Positions 41,390-53,087 of a stretch of DNA of 64,000 bases are shown here, piece after piece. The stretch covers positions 96,001-160,000 of the forward strand of contig CAVXYC010000029.1 in the NCBI GenBank assembly GCA_963765765.1. Reading direction: 5' to 3'. A model generated the notes under the pieces. It ran no database searches, had not been told where the DNA came from, and saw only the letters and a program-made list of their open reading frames with translations. Both the position numbers and the translations under genes were made by a program. Position 1 is the first letter of the stretch, and each line of letters opens with the position of its first letter. The DNA is from an uncultured Chloroflexia bacterium (GTDB lineage: Bacteria; Chloroflexota; UBA6077; JACCZL01).

Positions 41390-42647
41390 CTGAATGCCCC
41401 AGGCCCAGCAACATGCCGACGATCAACGCATTGGCCAGAATTGAGCTACCGCCGTAGCTAATCCAGGGCAGTGTTATCCCTGTAAGCGGCATGAGCTTGA
41501 GCACACCACCCAAAATCAAAAGCGTCTGCACCCCCAGGGCTGTGGTCAGGCCCGCGGCCAGAAGCTGGCTGTAGTTGTCCCGCAAATCGAGCGTGATCCG
41601 AAAACCGCGGTGGAGAAGCAACGCATAGAGCGCCAGGACAGCGAGGCCCCCAGCCAACCCCATCTCCTCGACGATTGCGACGATACTGAAATCGGTGTGC
41701 ACGGCCGGAACGAGGGTGGGTGATCCCAAACCGAGTCCCGTGCCCAGTAAGCCTCCATTTGCCAGCGCGATAAGTCCCTGCACGATCTGGTACGCAGCCG
41801 TGTCCGCCTGGCTCCACGGATCCAACCATATTGAGACCCGCGAAGCCACGTGGCTGATGGACGATGCGGTCAGCCAGCCTGCACCGACGAGTGCTGTCGT
41901 TCCGAGAACGAGAAGGCTCAAACGTCCCGATGCCATGTAAATCATCAGAATGAACACAATGGAGATAAGGAGTCCGGCACCCAGATCCCGCTGAACGACC
42001 AGCAATAGCTCGGTGAGCGCGAAGACGATACCCAGGGGAATGAGATATGGCAGCGGTGGAAGCCGCAAGGTCCCAAGTCGGCTGTTGGCGAATCGAATGA
42101 CGTCACCGTGCTCGTGCAGGTAGCCAGCAAGCCAGACCACCAGGAGCACCTTCAAGAGCTCAACGGGCTGAAGGGAAACGCCGCCAACGCTAAACCACAG
42201 CCGTGCGCCACTTCCGTTTGGATCGACGCCGAACAGGAGCGTCGCGGCCGTGAGCGCAAGCCCGAGCGCGCCAATGGTGTAACGATACCGCAACAACCAG
42301 GAGCGCTGATTCGCCAGCCACCCGCCCAGGACGACGCCCGCTACCCCGAGCCCCAACCAGATTGCCTGGCGACTGGCAAGCTCAGGCTGAAGCCGAGCCA
42401 CCATGACCAGGCCTATGGCGGCCAGTGAGAGTGCAATGGGCAGTAGAACTCGATCGGCCCGTGGCTGCCGGATTGAAAGCCAGACATGCGAGACAAGTGC
42501 CACGAGTGGCACGGTGGACGCGGTGATCGTCTCAGTTTCGGTCCAGGGTCCTCCACGAATCACGTGGAGCTGTATGAACCCGAGCGCCGCAATGAGACAT
42601 GGCCAGAGTAAAAGTCCAAGCTCCGAAGCCCGAGAGTACATTCTCAT
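41370..42647 (-). CDS. rodA: SEDS family peptidoglycan glycosyltransferase (RodA/FtsW)
   Basis: SLQPVELLK, QRDLG, HTDF..EEMG, PLTGITLPWISYGGSS. Confidence 0.92.
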   Translation of the reverse strand: MRMYSRASELGLLLWPCLIAALGFIQLHVIRGGPWTETETITASTVPLVALVSHVWLSIRQPRADRVLLPIALSLAAIGLVMVARLQPELASRQAIWLGLGVAGVVLGGWLANQRSWLLRYRYTIGALGLALTAATLLFGVDPNGSGARLWFSVGGVSLQPVELLKVLLVVWLAGYLHEHGDVIRFANSRLGTLRLPPLPYLIPLGIVFALTELLLVVQRDLGAGLLISIVFILMIYMASGRLSLLVLGTTALVGAGWLTASSISHVASRVSIWLDPWSQADTAAYQIVQGLIALANGGLLGTGLGLGSPTLVPAVHTDFSIVAIVEEMGLAGGLAVLALYALLLHRGFRITLDLRDNYSQLLAAGLTTALGVQTLLILGGVLKLMPLTGITLPWISYGGSSILANALIVGMLLGLGHSGERIHG

Positions 42648-43096
42648 CGACCGATATGCTCAAATCGGAACGTCACAGTGCCGAGATCGATAAGATCGCC
42701 GGACTTGATGTGCACTTGTCCGCTGACCGGTTCTCCGTTGAGACGAGTGCCGTTGGTGCTTCCGGCATCGCGCAGTAGCCAGGTGCCGTTCGCACCCACG
42801 AACACTTCGGCATGCCGCGCGGAGATGTGCTCATCGTCGAGTCGAATGGCGGAACTCTGGAGGCGACCGATCGAATTTCGGTCGTCAAGCTCAAAGACCC
42901 GGCCGACTTCAACCTTGTCTGATTGGCTGCTCGATACCACCAATCCAAACGAGCTGGAGCGCGTCACGGTGGTGCGTTTCCAATCTTTGCGAATCTCACG
43001 AATCACGATGAAAAGGAACCCGTAGAGCGCGGTGATGATGGCAATCCGCAGACCCAGCACAATGAACTCAGCGGGAATCTCGAAGACCGACGGCAA
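42644..43096 (-). CDS. Membrane-anchored FHA-domain protein (FhaB/FipA-like)
   Basis: TM segment LGLRIAIITALYGFLF; FHA motif GR...ISARHA...STNGT. Confidence 0.88.
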   Translation of the reverse strand: MPSVFEIPAEFIVLGLRIAIITALYGFLFIVIREIRKDWKRTTVTRSSSFGLVVSSSQSDKVEVGRVFELDDRNSIGRLQSSAIRLDDEHISARHAEVFVGANGTWLLRDAGSTNGTRLNGEPVSGQVHIKSGDLIDLGTVTFRFEHIGR

Positions 43097-43097
43097 T

Positions 43098-43826
43098 CTA
43101 CGCTCGCGGCGTGTCAATCTGGATCTCGGCTCCACCAATCCGTACGCGGGCCGGACACGTGAGCGGGATGGATTGAATCCTCGCCCCCTGAACCCATGTA
43201 CCGTTGGTGCTCTCGAGATCACGCAACTCGAGATTCACGGCATTCACGCGAAGCTCCGCATGATGTCGACTCACCTGCGAGTCTGGGATCACGACATCGT
43301 TTTCTGCGCTCCGTCCGATGGAGACGACCTCTTTTGCAAACGAGACGACCTCTCCGTCTGGCATCGTTATGCGAACACCTGGAGCCACACGGGCCACAAT
43401 CGGAATTCGTGAAGTGGCGGGGAGTGGTACATCCGCGTCAATTTCGAGAGGATCTGAGCGGACCACCTCAGCCCGTATCTGGCCGACATGAACGGAAGAG
43501 TCGGCCTCAATGTGGATGGAGACCGGTCCAAGCACTCGTCGTCCGTGGGTCCTGTTTGATCGCTGAAGCCGAGCAGCGATATCCGCCTGAACATTGTTCC
43601 CAGCAGACATAAGGCGACTTTCATCAGCAGAGTTGAGGCGCACAACCATCTCGTGAGGAACGATGACGCCATCGTCGGTTACCAGGGAATGTCGATCGAG
43701 AAGTTGCTCCAGGTGTCGCACGACGTGGACTGGTTCTAGGCGAGCCTGGAAGATACGAAGCGGGCCGCGCTCCAGCGTTGAGCTGAGAGTACGCTCGATG
43801 GCGTCAAGGAGCGTTGACAAGCCCAT
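43098..43826 (-). CDS. FhaA-like protein (DUF3662-type N-terminus plus FHA domain)
   Basis: LEPVHV..L N-terminal domain; C-terminal GRSAENDVVIPDSQVSRHHA...STNGTWV. Confidence 0.88.
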   Translation of the reverse strand: MGLSTLLDAIERTLSSTLERGPLRIFQARLEPVHVVRHLEQLLDRHSLVTDDGVIVPHEMVVRLNSADESRLMSAGNNVQADIAARLQRSNRTHGRRVLGPVSIHIEADSSVHVGQIRAEVVRSDPLEIDADVPLPATSRIPIVARVAPGVRITMPDGEVVSFAKEVVSIGRSAENDVVIPDSQVSRHHAELRVNAVNLELRDLESTNGTWVQGARIQSIPLTCPARVRIGGAEIQIDTPRA

Positions 43827-43929
43827 ATCACCAGATTATAGACACGTGTCGTCAGAGTCAGATCATTTTGATCGGACGCTGGGGCGTTGCTGTCCAACCG
43901 AGGCGGGTGGCGCTACTACGGCCGGAACG

Positions 43930-44313
43930 TCACGCTCGCACGGGCTTAGTAGAGCTTGTCCATCTGGACGCCACAACTCGAATGATTTGGCGGAACTCTT
44001 CGCGGTCCTCGTCACTCAACGACTTGTCAGCAAGCACGTTGGCCACGATGCCAAGGGTCTCATCCCAGGTACCGAGGCGGCTAACTACGTCGGGACAGTA
44101 GCCCGCGGCTACGAGAAGGCGCTCGCTATCTAATTCCCCAAGCTCCAGAGCGGAAATCAGCGAATTGAGGAGATCGCGTCGCGGTATTTGACCACCGGGC
44201 CGCTCCATTCGATAGATGTACGCGGAATTGACATTGCCGAGACGGGCGAGACGATATGCGGAGATCCCCGCATGCTCCCGGAAGGCCCGCAAAACCTGGT
44301 GGAACGGTGACAT
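43930..44313 (-). CDS. XRE-family HTH transcriptional regulator, probably leaderless
   Basis: LRAFREHAGISAYRLARLGNVNSAYIYRMER. Promoter TTGACT-N17-TAGTAT ends 6 nt before the ATG. Confidence 0.85.
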   Translation of the reverse strand: MSPFHQVLRAFREHAGISAYRLARLGNVNSAYIYRMERPGGQIPRRDLLNSLISALELGELDSERLLVAAGYCPDVVSRLGTWDETLGIVANVLADKSLSDEDREEFRQIIRVVASRWTSSTKPVRA

Positions 44314-44466
44314 CTGCGCATACTAGCCTGACTGTGACAAAAAGTCAACGTCCGATCCAGAGTCCGCTTATTTGTCACAGCCTCGGCGCCAAGTATGACG
44401 CGAAAGCGCTAAGGAAGTTGTGGAATAGAACACACATGGTCCGCGGAGGACACCTATAATCCGAAC

Positions 44467-44862
44467 GTGTTCACGCGAATCGAAACGGGTCTCGACTTAG
44501 TCGAGATCGATAGGATCAAGCGCATCCTCGAGCGCCACGGGGACCGCTTCCTCGCTCGCGTGTACACCGCCCGCGAGATCGAGGATAGCGAGGGGCGGAC
44601 GGAGTCACTCGCAGCCCGTTTTGCGGCCAAAGAGGCCGTAATGAAAGCGTTAGGAACCGGGTCCGTGGACTTTCGGGACATTGAGGTGGTTCGCGATCCT
44701 GGCGATCGTCCCAGGATCAAGCTTCACGGCAGAGCGCGAGCGCGTGCGGAAACGATCGGCGCCCTTGGACTCGCTTTGAGCCTCACACATTCGCGGACGA
44801 CCGCGGCGGCGGCTGTTACGCTCTGGAGTGATGGCCGCGATGGTGAGGCAGGCAGCTACTAG
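44467..44862 (+). CDS. acpS: Holo-ACP synthase
   Basis: GLDLVEIDRI, LAARFAAKEAVMKALG, SLTH. Confidence 0.95.
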   Translation: MFTRIETGLDLVEIDRIKRILERHGDRFLARVYTAREIEDSEGRTESLAARFAAKEAVMKALGTGSVDFRDIEVVRDPGDRPRIKLHGRARARAETIGALGLALSLTHSRTTAAAAVTLWSDGRDGEAGSY

Positions 44863-44958
44863 CCTGATGCGGCCTGGGAGCGGCGTTCCTACCCATCCAG
44901 CGGCTCCGTATTCGAGACCTTCACCTGGACGGGTACCGACGACTGTCCCATCGGAGCC

Positions 44959-45279
44959 CTAGTGCGCGTGAGTCCCGGGCGAAAGGACTCCTCTTCTCAG
45001 GCGGGTCAGTGCGAATGCCAGCCAGCAGGCGAATGCGATGACAATGACGCTGCAGTCGCCCACATCCAATGGTGTGGTAAACCTGAATGTCGAGGCGAGA
45101 GATTGCCCTATGACGCCGCTTACTGTGGTCACTGCCAGGTAAAAGACCAATTGTCGGCCGCGAGCCCCACCTACTAGAAAGAACAGTGAGCCGTGAAACC
45201 AGGAGATGATAAGCGTCAATACCAGCGACGGAGGGACCGCGAAGAAGTCGGTGAGAATGGAACCAGCCCTTAGATCCAA
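44959..45279 (-). CDS. Small hypothetical membrane protein
   Basis: Three hydrophobic segments; start codon uncertain. Confidence 0.55.
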   Translation of the reverse strand: MDLRAGSILTDFFAVPPSLVLTLIISWFHGSLFFLVGGARGRQLVFYLAVTTVSGVIGQSLASTFRFTTPLDVGDCSVIVIAFACWLAFALTRLRRGVLSPGTHAH

Positions 45280-45314
45280 TGTAAGCGCGGCGATCCAAAT
45301 GCAGTCAGACTCAA

Positions 45315-47048
45315 ATGACTGATCCAGTCGCCAGAGAGCTGCCACTTGCCGAGGCTGGCGGCGCCTACCAATGGTATCGGTATTCGCGCGCCGTCGCGTC
45401 AGAGCTAGCGCGTCTCGAATGCGCTACACCGCTGCTCGCACAGCTCTTGATCAATCGAGGCGTCAGGTCTCCTGAGGATGCGCGACGCTTCCTGATGCCC
45501 GATCTGGGCATTCTACGGGATCCCTTCATGCTCAAAGGCATGGCTGAAGCGGCCGATCGACTGCTCCGAGCCGTCCAACAGAATGAGCGGATCGCGATCT
45601 ATGGCGATTACGACGTGGATGGGCTCACCGCGAGCAGCGTCCTGTATGCCTTCCTGCGAGGACTCGGCGTCCAGCCAGATGTATTCATTCCGCATCGAAT
45701 TCGAGACGGCTACGGACTCAATCACCGGGCACTCGATATGCTGGTGGATGGCGGAGCGGCGGTGATCGTGACCGTGGACTGCGGGATCACCGCGATCGAC
45801 GAGGTGGCTCACGTTCGCTCCCGCGGTGTGGACATTGTGGTCACGGATCATCATCCGGCGTTGCCCGATATTCCGGCGGCCACGGCCGTGGTCAACCCCA
45901 ACCAGCCAGATTGCGGATTCCCATTCAAATATCTGTCTGGCGCGGGAGTCGCGTTTAAGCTCGCTCAGGCCATGGCGGATCGTCTGGGCACCGCGCGTGC
46001 TCAGGAAGCGGTCATGAACGTCGTGGATCTCGCGGCGCTCGGCACTATGGCTGACGTGGTTCCGTTGATCGACGAGAATCGCGTACTGGTGTCCAGTGGT
46101 TTGGCCTACATGCGGCGCGGAGCCAATCGCCCGGGCATTGCCCACCTTGCAAGAGTGGCCGGCGTTGACCTGTCCACGGCCACGGCTGAATCGCTTGCGT
46201 TCTATCTAGCCCCCCGCTTGAACGCGGCCGGAAGGTTGGGCGATGCGCGTCACGCGTTTGACCTTCTTCATAGCGAGAGTGATGAAGAGGCGGCTCATTT
46301 AGCGGAATCCTTGAACACACTCAACATCGAGCGTCAGGGTCAGACGGATGAGTTCGTTGAGCGCGCTCGTGAAGCGCTTCGGCTCCACCCGCCGCATGGC
46401 GTGGTCATCGTCTCGGGAGACTACCCTCTCGGTATCGCAGGCATTGTCGCTGCCCGTTTGGTGGACGATTACCAGCTTCCAGCGATCGTCTTGGGAGAGG
46501 TCGACGGTCAGCTCAAGGGCTCTGCACGGGCCCCTGAGCCGTTCAACATTGCGGACGGACTACGCGCCGCTGCCCCGCTTCTGGGCAGGTTCGGCGGGCA
46601 CCCGCGAGCGGCCGGACTTTCCATCTCTCCGGACAAACTTGAAGATCTCCGATCCACGCTCGAGCGCTACTTTGAGCCAATGGTCGTTCCCGGGGAACGC
46701 AAGCCACCACTAATCATCGATGCTCTCGTGCGACCGGAGACCATCAACTTCGAGACTGTCGCGACCCTGGAAGTACTCGACCCGTGTGGGGAATCCAATC
46801 CTGGGCCGGTACTGTTGTGGCACGGAGCCGAAGTCATCTCGCACAAAATCGTCGGCAAGGGGCATATTTCGATGAACTTGCGTGGTTCGGGGAAAGTCAT
46901 GAGAACCATCACGTTTCGCCCCAAACTGCCGCCGCCAAGTCAGGGCCAGCGTCTCGACGTGGCATTCGAAGCCCGGCGAGAGATCTGGAACGAATCACCG
47001 CGACTCAGCCTCAGAGTCAGAGATTGGCGTCCGGCGCAGATGGCTTGA
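45315..47048 (+). CDS. recJ: Single-stranded DNA exonuclease RecJ
   Basis: GDYDVDG, TVDCG, TDHH, APRLNAAGRL, FGGHPRAAG. Confidence 0.96.
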   Translation: MTDPVARELPLAEAGGAYQWYRYSRAVASELARLECATPLLAQLLINRGVRSPEDARRFLMPDLGILRDPFMLKGMAEAADRLLRAVQQNERIAIYGDYDVDGLTASSVLYAFLRGLGVQPDVFIPHRIRDGYGLNHRALDMLVDGGAAVIVTVDCGITAIDEVAHVRSRGVDIVVTDHHPALPDIPAATAVVNPNQPDCGFPFKYLSGAGVAFKLAQAMADRLGTARAQEAVMNVVDLAALGTMADVVPLIDENRVLVSSGLAYMRRGANRPGIAHLARVAGVDLSTATAESLAFYLAPRLNAAGRLGDARHAFDLLHSESDEEAAHLAESLNTLNIERQGQTDEFVERAREALRLHPPHGVVIVSGDYPLGIAGIVAARLVDDYQLPAIVLGEVDGQLKGSARAPEPFNIADGLRAAAPLLGRFGGHPRAAGLSISPDKLEDLRSTLERYFEPMVVPGERKPPLIIDALVRPETINFETVATLEVLDPCGESNPGPVLLWHGAEVISHKIVGKGHISMNLRGSGKVMRTITFRPKLPPPSQGQRLDVAFEARREIWNESPRLSLRVRDWRPAQMA

Positions 47049-47171
47049 GGGTATGTGGACGACGCCAATCGGAATTGTTACGTCTCGCTCGCCGGTTGGC
47101 ATACTTCGGCCCTATACTCACACGGTTAACCCAATTCACAAGAAGAGCTCCTGGAAGAGGAAGTTATCGCT

Positions 47172-47813
47172 GTGGCTGATCTAGTTGAAATCAAGGCATC
47201 GCGCCGCACTGCGCTTGGCAAGAAGGTTAAGGCACTCCGTCGCGAAGGACAGGTTCCCGCTAACGTGTATGGACGAAAGCAGGCCTCGCTTGCCGTTCAG
47301 CTCGTGAATCGAGAGATTGAGCACTTGCTCGCGACCCACTCACGGTCTCAGGTTGTGTCGGTGGACGTTGAGGGCCAGCAAGAGCCCGCACTGATCTCCG
47401 CTGTGCAGCGGCATCCCACCCGACAGCACGTGCTCCACGTGGATTTCCAACGAGTCTCGATGGATATCCCCGTTCAGGTAAACGTGACGCTCTCATTTCA
47501 TGGCGAGGCTCCGGCGATTCGCCTTCACGAGGCCGTCATCGTGCACAACCTTTCCGAAGTGAGTGTGCTGGGCCTCCCCGCGGTCATTCCATCAGAGATT
47601 CAAGTAGACGTCTCGGCCCTCGAAGATGTTGACGCGTCAATCTTCGTCCGCGACCTGAGCGTCGGGGATGGGCTACAAATCATGTCCGACCCGGATGAGC
47701 TTGTGGCCCGTGCCGTGAGGTCCACTGTAGAGGCCGAAGAGCCCGAGACGGAAGCCGAAGCCGTTGAGGAGACGCCAGCCACCGACGAAGCTCCTGCCGA
47801 AACCGAATCGTAA
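47172..47813 (+). CDS. rplY: 50S ribosomal protein L25/Ctc
   Basis: LRREGQVPANVYG, QRHP...HVDF, acidic tail. Confidence 0.95.
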   Translation: MADLVEIKASRRTALGKKVKALRREGQVPANVYGRKQASLAVQLVNREIEHLLATHSRSQVVSVDVEGQQEPALISAVQRHPTRQHVLHVDFQRVSMDIPVQVNVTLSFHGEAPAIRLHEAVIVHNLSEVSVLGLPAVIPSEIQVDVSALEDVDASIFVRDLSVGDGLQIMSDPDELVARAVRSTVEAEEPETEAEAVEETPATDEAPAETES

Positions 47814-47828
47814 GCTTCCTCGATCCAG

Positions 47829-47860
47829 AAAAAGCGCCCCTCCTTGGGGGCGCTTTTTTA
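47829..47860 (+). terminator. Bidirectional rho-independent terminator
   Basis: AAAAAGCGCCCC-loop-GGGGCGCTTTTT. Confidence 0.9.
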
Positions 47861-47885
47861 TTTGGCGGGTTGGCTGACTTAGCAG

Positions 47886-47987
47886 TTTGGACCGCGGCGG
47901 TCCTCGCCGCTTTTATACCGAGCGGAACGAATACCGAGGACGGCTTCCAGCCTCGTGGGAAAGCGGCGAAGAACGCCGCAGTCCAAA
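47886..47987. repeat. REPIN-like element; its 17-bp end recurs at 24896-24912
   Basis: TTTGGACCGCGGCGGTCCTCGCCGCTTT ... AAAGCGGCGAAGAACGCCGCAGTCCAAA. An identical TTTGGACCGCGGCGGTC lies after secA. Confidence 0.8.
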
Positions 47988-48020
47988 GTCGATCAGCCGG
48001 GAATCGGCTGACTATAACTA

Positions 48021-48632
48021 CTACCGCGCTCGGTCGAGTCTCGCAGCGATCTCTTGTGCTGTGGCGAGGTCATTGGGCTCGTTGACGTTAAAAAATGAAA
48101 TCAGCTCGGGATCATGTACCTTGAGCTCAGACTCCTCCAGCCTGGCCACCTTGAGATCATCGAGAAACGCTATCATCCGCATTTGGCCACGATCAAGCGC
48201 TTCCTGGATTGCCTGGATGCAGGGATCCCGTCGGTACACCGACAACATGGGCTCCGGTCGGCCGTCGGTGTACGGCAAGCACACGTCGTAGCCTTTGCAC
48301 AGCTCAAACATATGCGTGATGAGCGGTACCTGGATGAAGGGCATGTCGCACGCCGTGACCAAACAGAGTTCAGCGGAGCTTGCTTTTAATCCGGTGAGGA
48401 GGGCCGGGAGCACACCGGCGTGAGGCGAGGCGTCGTGAAAGAGTGGAAGGTTGAGCGGGGCTAATGCGTCGTCGTTGACGATAATCGCGACGTCATCCAC
48501 AAGGGGCTGGACCGCCTGGAGCGCGCGATCAACGATACGCTGGGTGCCCACGGCGAGAAGGGCTTTATTGACGCCTCCGAGACGGCTTCCGTGGCCGCCG
48601 GCAAGCATCACCCATCCTCTCATCAATAACAT
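48021..48632 (-). CDS. mobA: Molybdenum cofactor guanylyltransferase
   Basis: LAGGHGSRLGGVNKA, ACDMPF, FFNVN. Confidence 0.93.
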   Translation of the reverse strand: MLLMRGWVMLAGGHGSRLGGVNKALLAVGTQRIVDRALQAVQPLVDDVAIIVNDDALAPLNLPLFHDASPHAGVLPALLTGLKASSAELCLVTACDMPFIQVPLITHMFELCKGYDVCLPYTDGRPEPMLSVYRRDPCIQAIQEALDRGQMRMIAFLDDLKVARLEESELKVHDPELISFFNVNEPNDLATAQEIAARLDRAR

Positions 48633-48679
48633 GGGCCGCTGTCCCGGTAGGGAGAAGTTGCCCGGGATTGGCTTACTGA

Positions 48680-48862
48680 CTACGCCGCGGAATCCTTAGA
48701 GGTGGGGCTATCAGGCTTCTTGTCTTTCTCGTCGGTGGCGGTTCGGAATTCCTTGATGCCCTTACCCAGGGCGCCGCCGATTTCCGGAAGCTTGCCAACG
48801 CCGAAGACGATCACGACGAGAAGCAGAATGATGATGAGCTCAGGAGCACCGAGAGCCGGCAT
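48680..48862 (-). CDS. tatA: Twin-arginine translocase TatA
   Basis: [35 protein letters not shown]; AGGAGG RBS. Confidence 0.95.
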   Translation of the reverse strand: MPALGAPELIIILLLVVIVFGVGKLPEIGGALGKGIKEFRTATDEKDKKPDSPTSKDSAA

Positions 48863-48919
48863 GGAAGCCTCCTACAGGCGAATCATAGTAAGCATATCGG
48901 ATAAGAGCGATTTACCACG

Positions 48920-48950
48920 AAAAAGCCCGCCACAAATAAGGTTGGCGGGC
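48920..48950 (-). terminator. Terminator downstream of tRNA-Glu
   Basis: Minus strand GCCCGCCA-loop-TGGCGGGC followed by TTTTT. Confidence 0.75.
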
Positions 48951-49027
48951 TGGTAGCGCATACGGGATTCGAACCCGTGGTCTCCGCCTTGAGAGGGCGG
49001 TGTCCTAGGCCGCTAGACGAATGCGCC
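48951..49027 (-). tRNA. tRNA-Glu (CTC)
   Basis: Reverse complement GGCGCATTCGTCTAGCGGCCTAGGACACCGCCCTCTCAAGGCGGAGACCACGGGTTCGAATCCCGTATGCGCTACCA folds into a cloverleaf and ends in CCA. Confidence 0.97.
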
Positions 49028-49239
49028 ACGATTCAGAACGGAGTAATGGTACACAGGGATGATTTGTTCCGTCCACCCCTGCGCCGTAGGAAAACGGTCT
49101 GACAGGGCCGAGCGTTGCTGCTGTTTGCCTTCGACCCAAAAACCCGAATTTCTGACTGGCGATGGTCTTCGTGGAATCGAAAGCGATTCGAAAGTTCGAG
49201 CCAGGTGGAACCCGTTCGCGTAATCTTCAGGAGGACACC

Positions 49240-49416
49240 GTGACAGATTTCTTGCGAACTGCCTGGTCTGACGACGAAGACGACATCATTGAGGATGACG
49301 ATCCTGCCTCGGCGGTCAACAATATCGATCTAGGTGATCTGGGAGCCTTTCCAGCGGCGGTGGTGGCGGAAACCGGGGCAACTCCAACTCTAGTTCGGAT
49401 AGCTGAGCGCGTGTGA
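49240..49416 (+). CDS. Small acidic hypothetical protein (58 aa)
   Basis: AGGAGG RBS 5 nt before the GTG; MTDFLRTAWSDDEDDIIEDDD...; followed by a terminator. Confidence 0.6.
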   Translation: MTDFLRTAWSDDEDDIIEDDDPASAVNNIDLGDLGAFPAAVVAETGATPTLVRIAERV

Positions 49417-49450
49417 GCCGCTCAACATAACCTGGCGCCGCAGCGGACAT

Positions 49451-49489
49451 GAAAAGAGCCGTATCGATGAACTCGATACGGCTCTTTTC
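49451..49489. terminator. Bidirectional terminator between the small ORF and katG
   Basis: GAAAAGAGCCGTATCGA-loop-TCGATACGGCTCTTTTC, a perfect 17-bp stem. Confidence 0.9.
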
Positions 49490-49547
49490 GAGTGGCTAGG
49501 ACTCGAGCCTAGTCGCCGGTCTGCGCAGCGAGTGGCCGCTGCGATGC

Positions 49548-51772
<2,225 letters not shown>

Positions 51773-52162
51773 CTAGCTGATTCCCTCTTAATGGCTCATA
51801 GCTCTAAACGTTTGTTGCTCAGATCCAACGTCGGTCGCCCACCTGGTGTCGCACCACCCATTTCCGCGCTAACTCGCCGCACGTCATACAAGGCGAGCGA
51901 CACACTCAGGGCTTTGGCTTTGGTAGATGACCAAATCTGTCGATCTGCTAGCCCGGGTCTCGGCGCTCGTCCCCGTATATCGCTGACCGCAACGCTGATG
52001 TGGCGGTGCTCAGACCTCGTCCGGTTCGCCCGCCGCGCGGTGTTTGATGGAGCAAGGCTTTCTACCGCAGATCGGCTCGGTGCACCTCCTCTCGACCACT
52101 CGCAATTTCGCCCCGTACTATACTGCGACGTTCCCCGTGGAATGATTTGCTCGGTACAGCGA

Positions 52163-52214
52163 AAAATACTCCCCGACTTCGGGAAAGTCAATGCCTGTAG
52201 AGAATAGTTCTCAA
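52163..52214 (-). promoter_or_regulatory. Candidate katG promoter with adjacent Fur/PerR-type palindrome
   Basis: TTGACT-N17-TATTTT on the minus strand; imperfect palindrome TAGAGAATAGTTCTCAA at 52198-52214. Confidence 0.45.
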
Positions 52215-52358
52215 CGACTTTCACCGCCCCACCGCTGTGCCGCCGGTCATCAGCTTTCCCACGATGCGCTACGCATGCAGCGCGGTGGCTCCCCGTGATC
52301 GCTGTCATTCCCTGTGTAATTATAATTGGGAGTAGAATAGTCGAAAATACCGGAAGGG

Positions 52359-52829
52359 ATGCGGGACCTCGCGCCGAGCATGACCGAGGAGCAGGCGAAA
52401 GCCAGAGTCGAGGAGATCGTGACCAGGCTGCGGGCACAGGGGCATCGCCTCACTCCGCAGCGGCTGGCGGTTGTGCGCGCCCTGGTTGGCAGCTCTGAGC
52501 ACCCTAGCGCCGAGCAGGTCTACCAGCGGCTCCAACCCGACTACCCGATGATGAGCCCGGCCACGGTTTACAAGACCATTGATACCCTCAAGGCTCTCGA
52601 TGAGGTCCTTGAGCTGGAGTTCCGTGACGGGCCCAACCGCTACGACGCCAACATCCCGAATTCCCACCCGCACCTGATGTGCACCCGCTGCGGCCGTATC
52701 GACGACCTTGAGATCGGAGACATCGACCACCTGGCCCAGCCAGCTCTCGCCCAGAGCGGCTACCAGGTCCTCCGACACCGTGTGGACTTCTACGGCTTCT
52801 GCCCGAGCTGCGCCACAACTACGGTATAG
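52359..52829 (+). CDS. Fur/PerR-family transcriptional regulator
   Basis: RLTPQR, HPSAEQVY, ATVYKT, HPHLMCTRCG, C-terminal CPSC; divergent from katG. Confidence 0.93.
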   Translation: MRDLAPSMTEEQAKARVEEIVTRLRAQGHRLTPQRLAVVRALVGSSEHPSAEQVYQRLQPDYPMMSPATVYKTIDTLKALDEVLELEFRDGPNRYDANIPNSHPHLMCTRCGRIDDLEIGDIDHLAQPALAQSGYQVLRHRVDFYGFCPSCATTTV

Positions 52830-53011
52830 AGCTCCCGCCCCGAAATTCGCGAGCCCGGGGCCGTCAGCTAGGGCTCAGTTGTCTGCGGCGAGTTATTCTC
52901 GGAGCGCAGGCTGAGCTGGAACGATTGTGCCACGTCTTGGCGGCCGGCCGCGGAGGCAATTTGTCCAGCTTGTGCCAATCAACCGCGTCTAGTAATTTTC
53001 AATACTGAGTT

Positions 53012-53087
53012 TGGCTGCCGAACTAGAATTCAAACGTAGACACCGTGATCCAGAGATCCGGTGTCTCCACACCTTAGTACGTCAGCA
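53012..53087 (-). pseudogene. Degenerate tRNA-Gln(CTG) copy 1 / putative att scar
   Basis: Reverse complement ...CTCTGGATCACGGTGTCTACGTTTGAATTCTAGTTCGGCAGCCA retains the anticodon loop, a mutated T-arm and CCA. Confidence 0.7.

Noticed and set aside
44463-44472. GAAC-GT-GTTC (also at 49208-49217) as a LexA box
   Set aside because: Spacer is 2 nt rather than 4.
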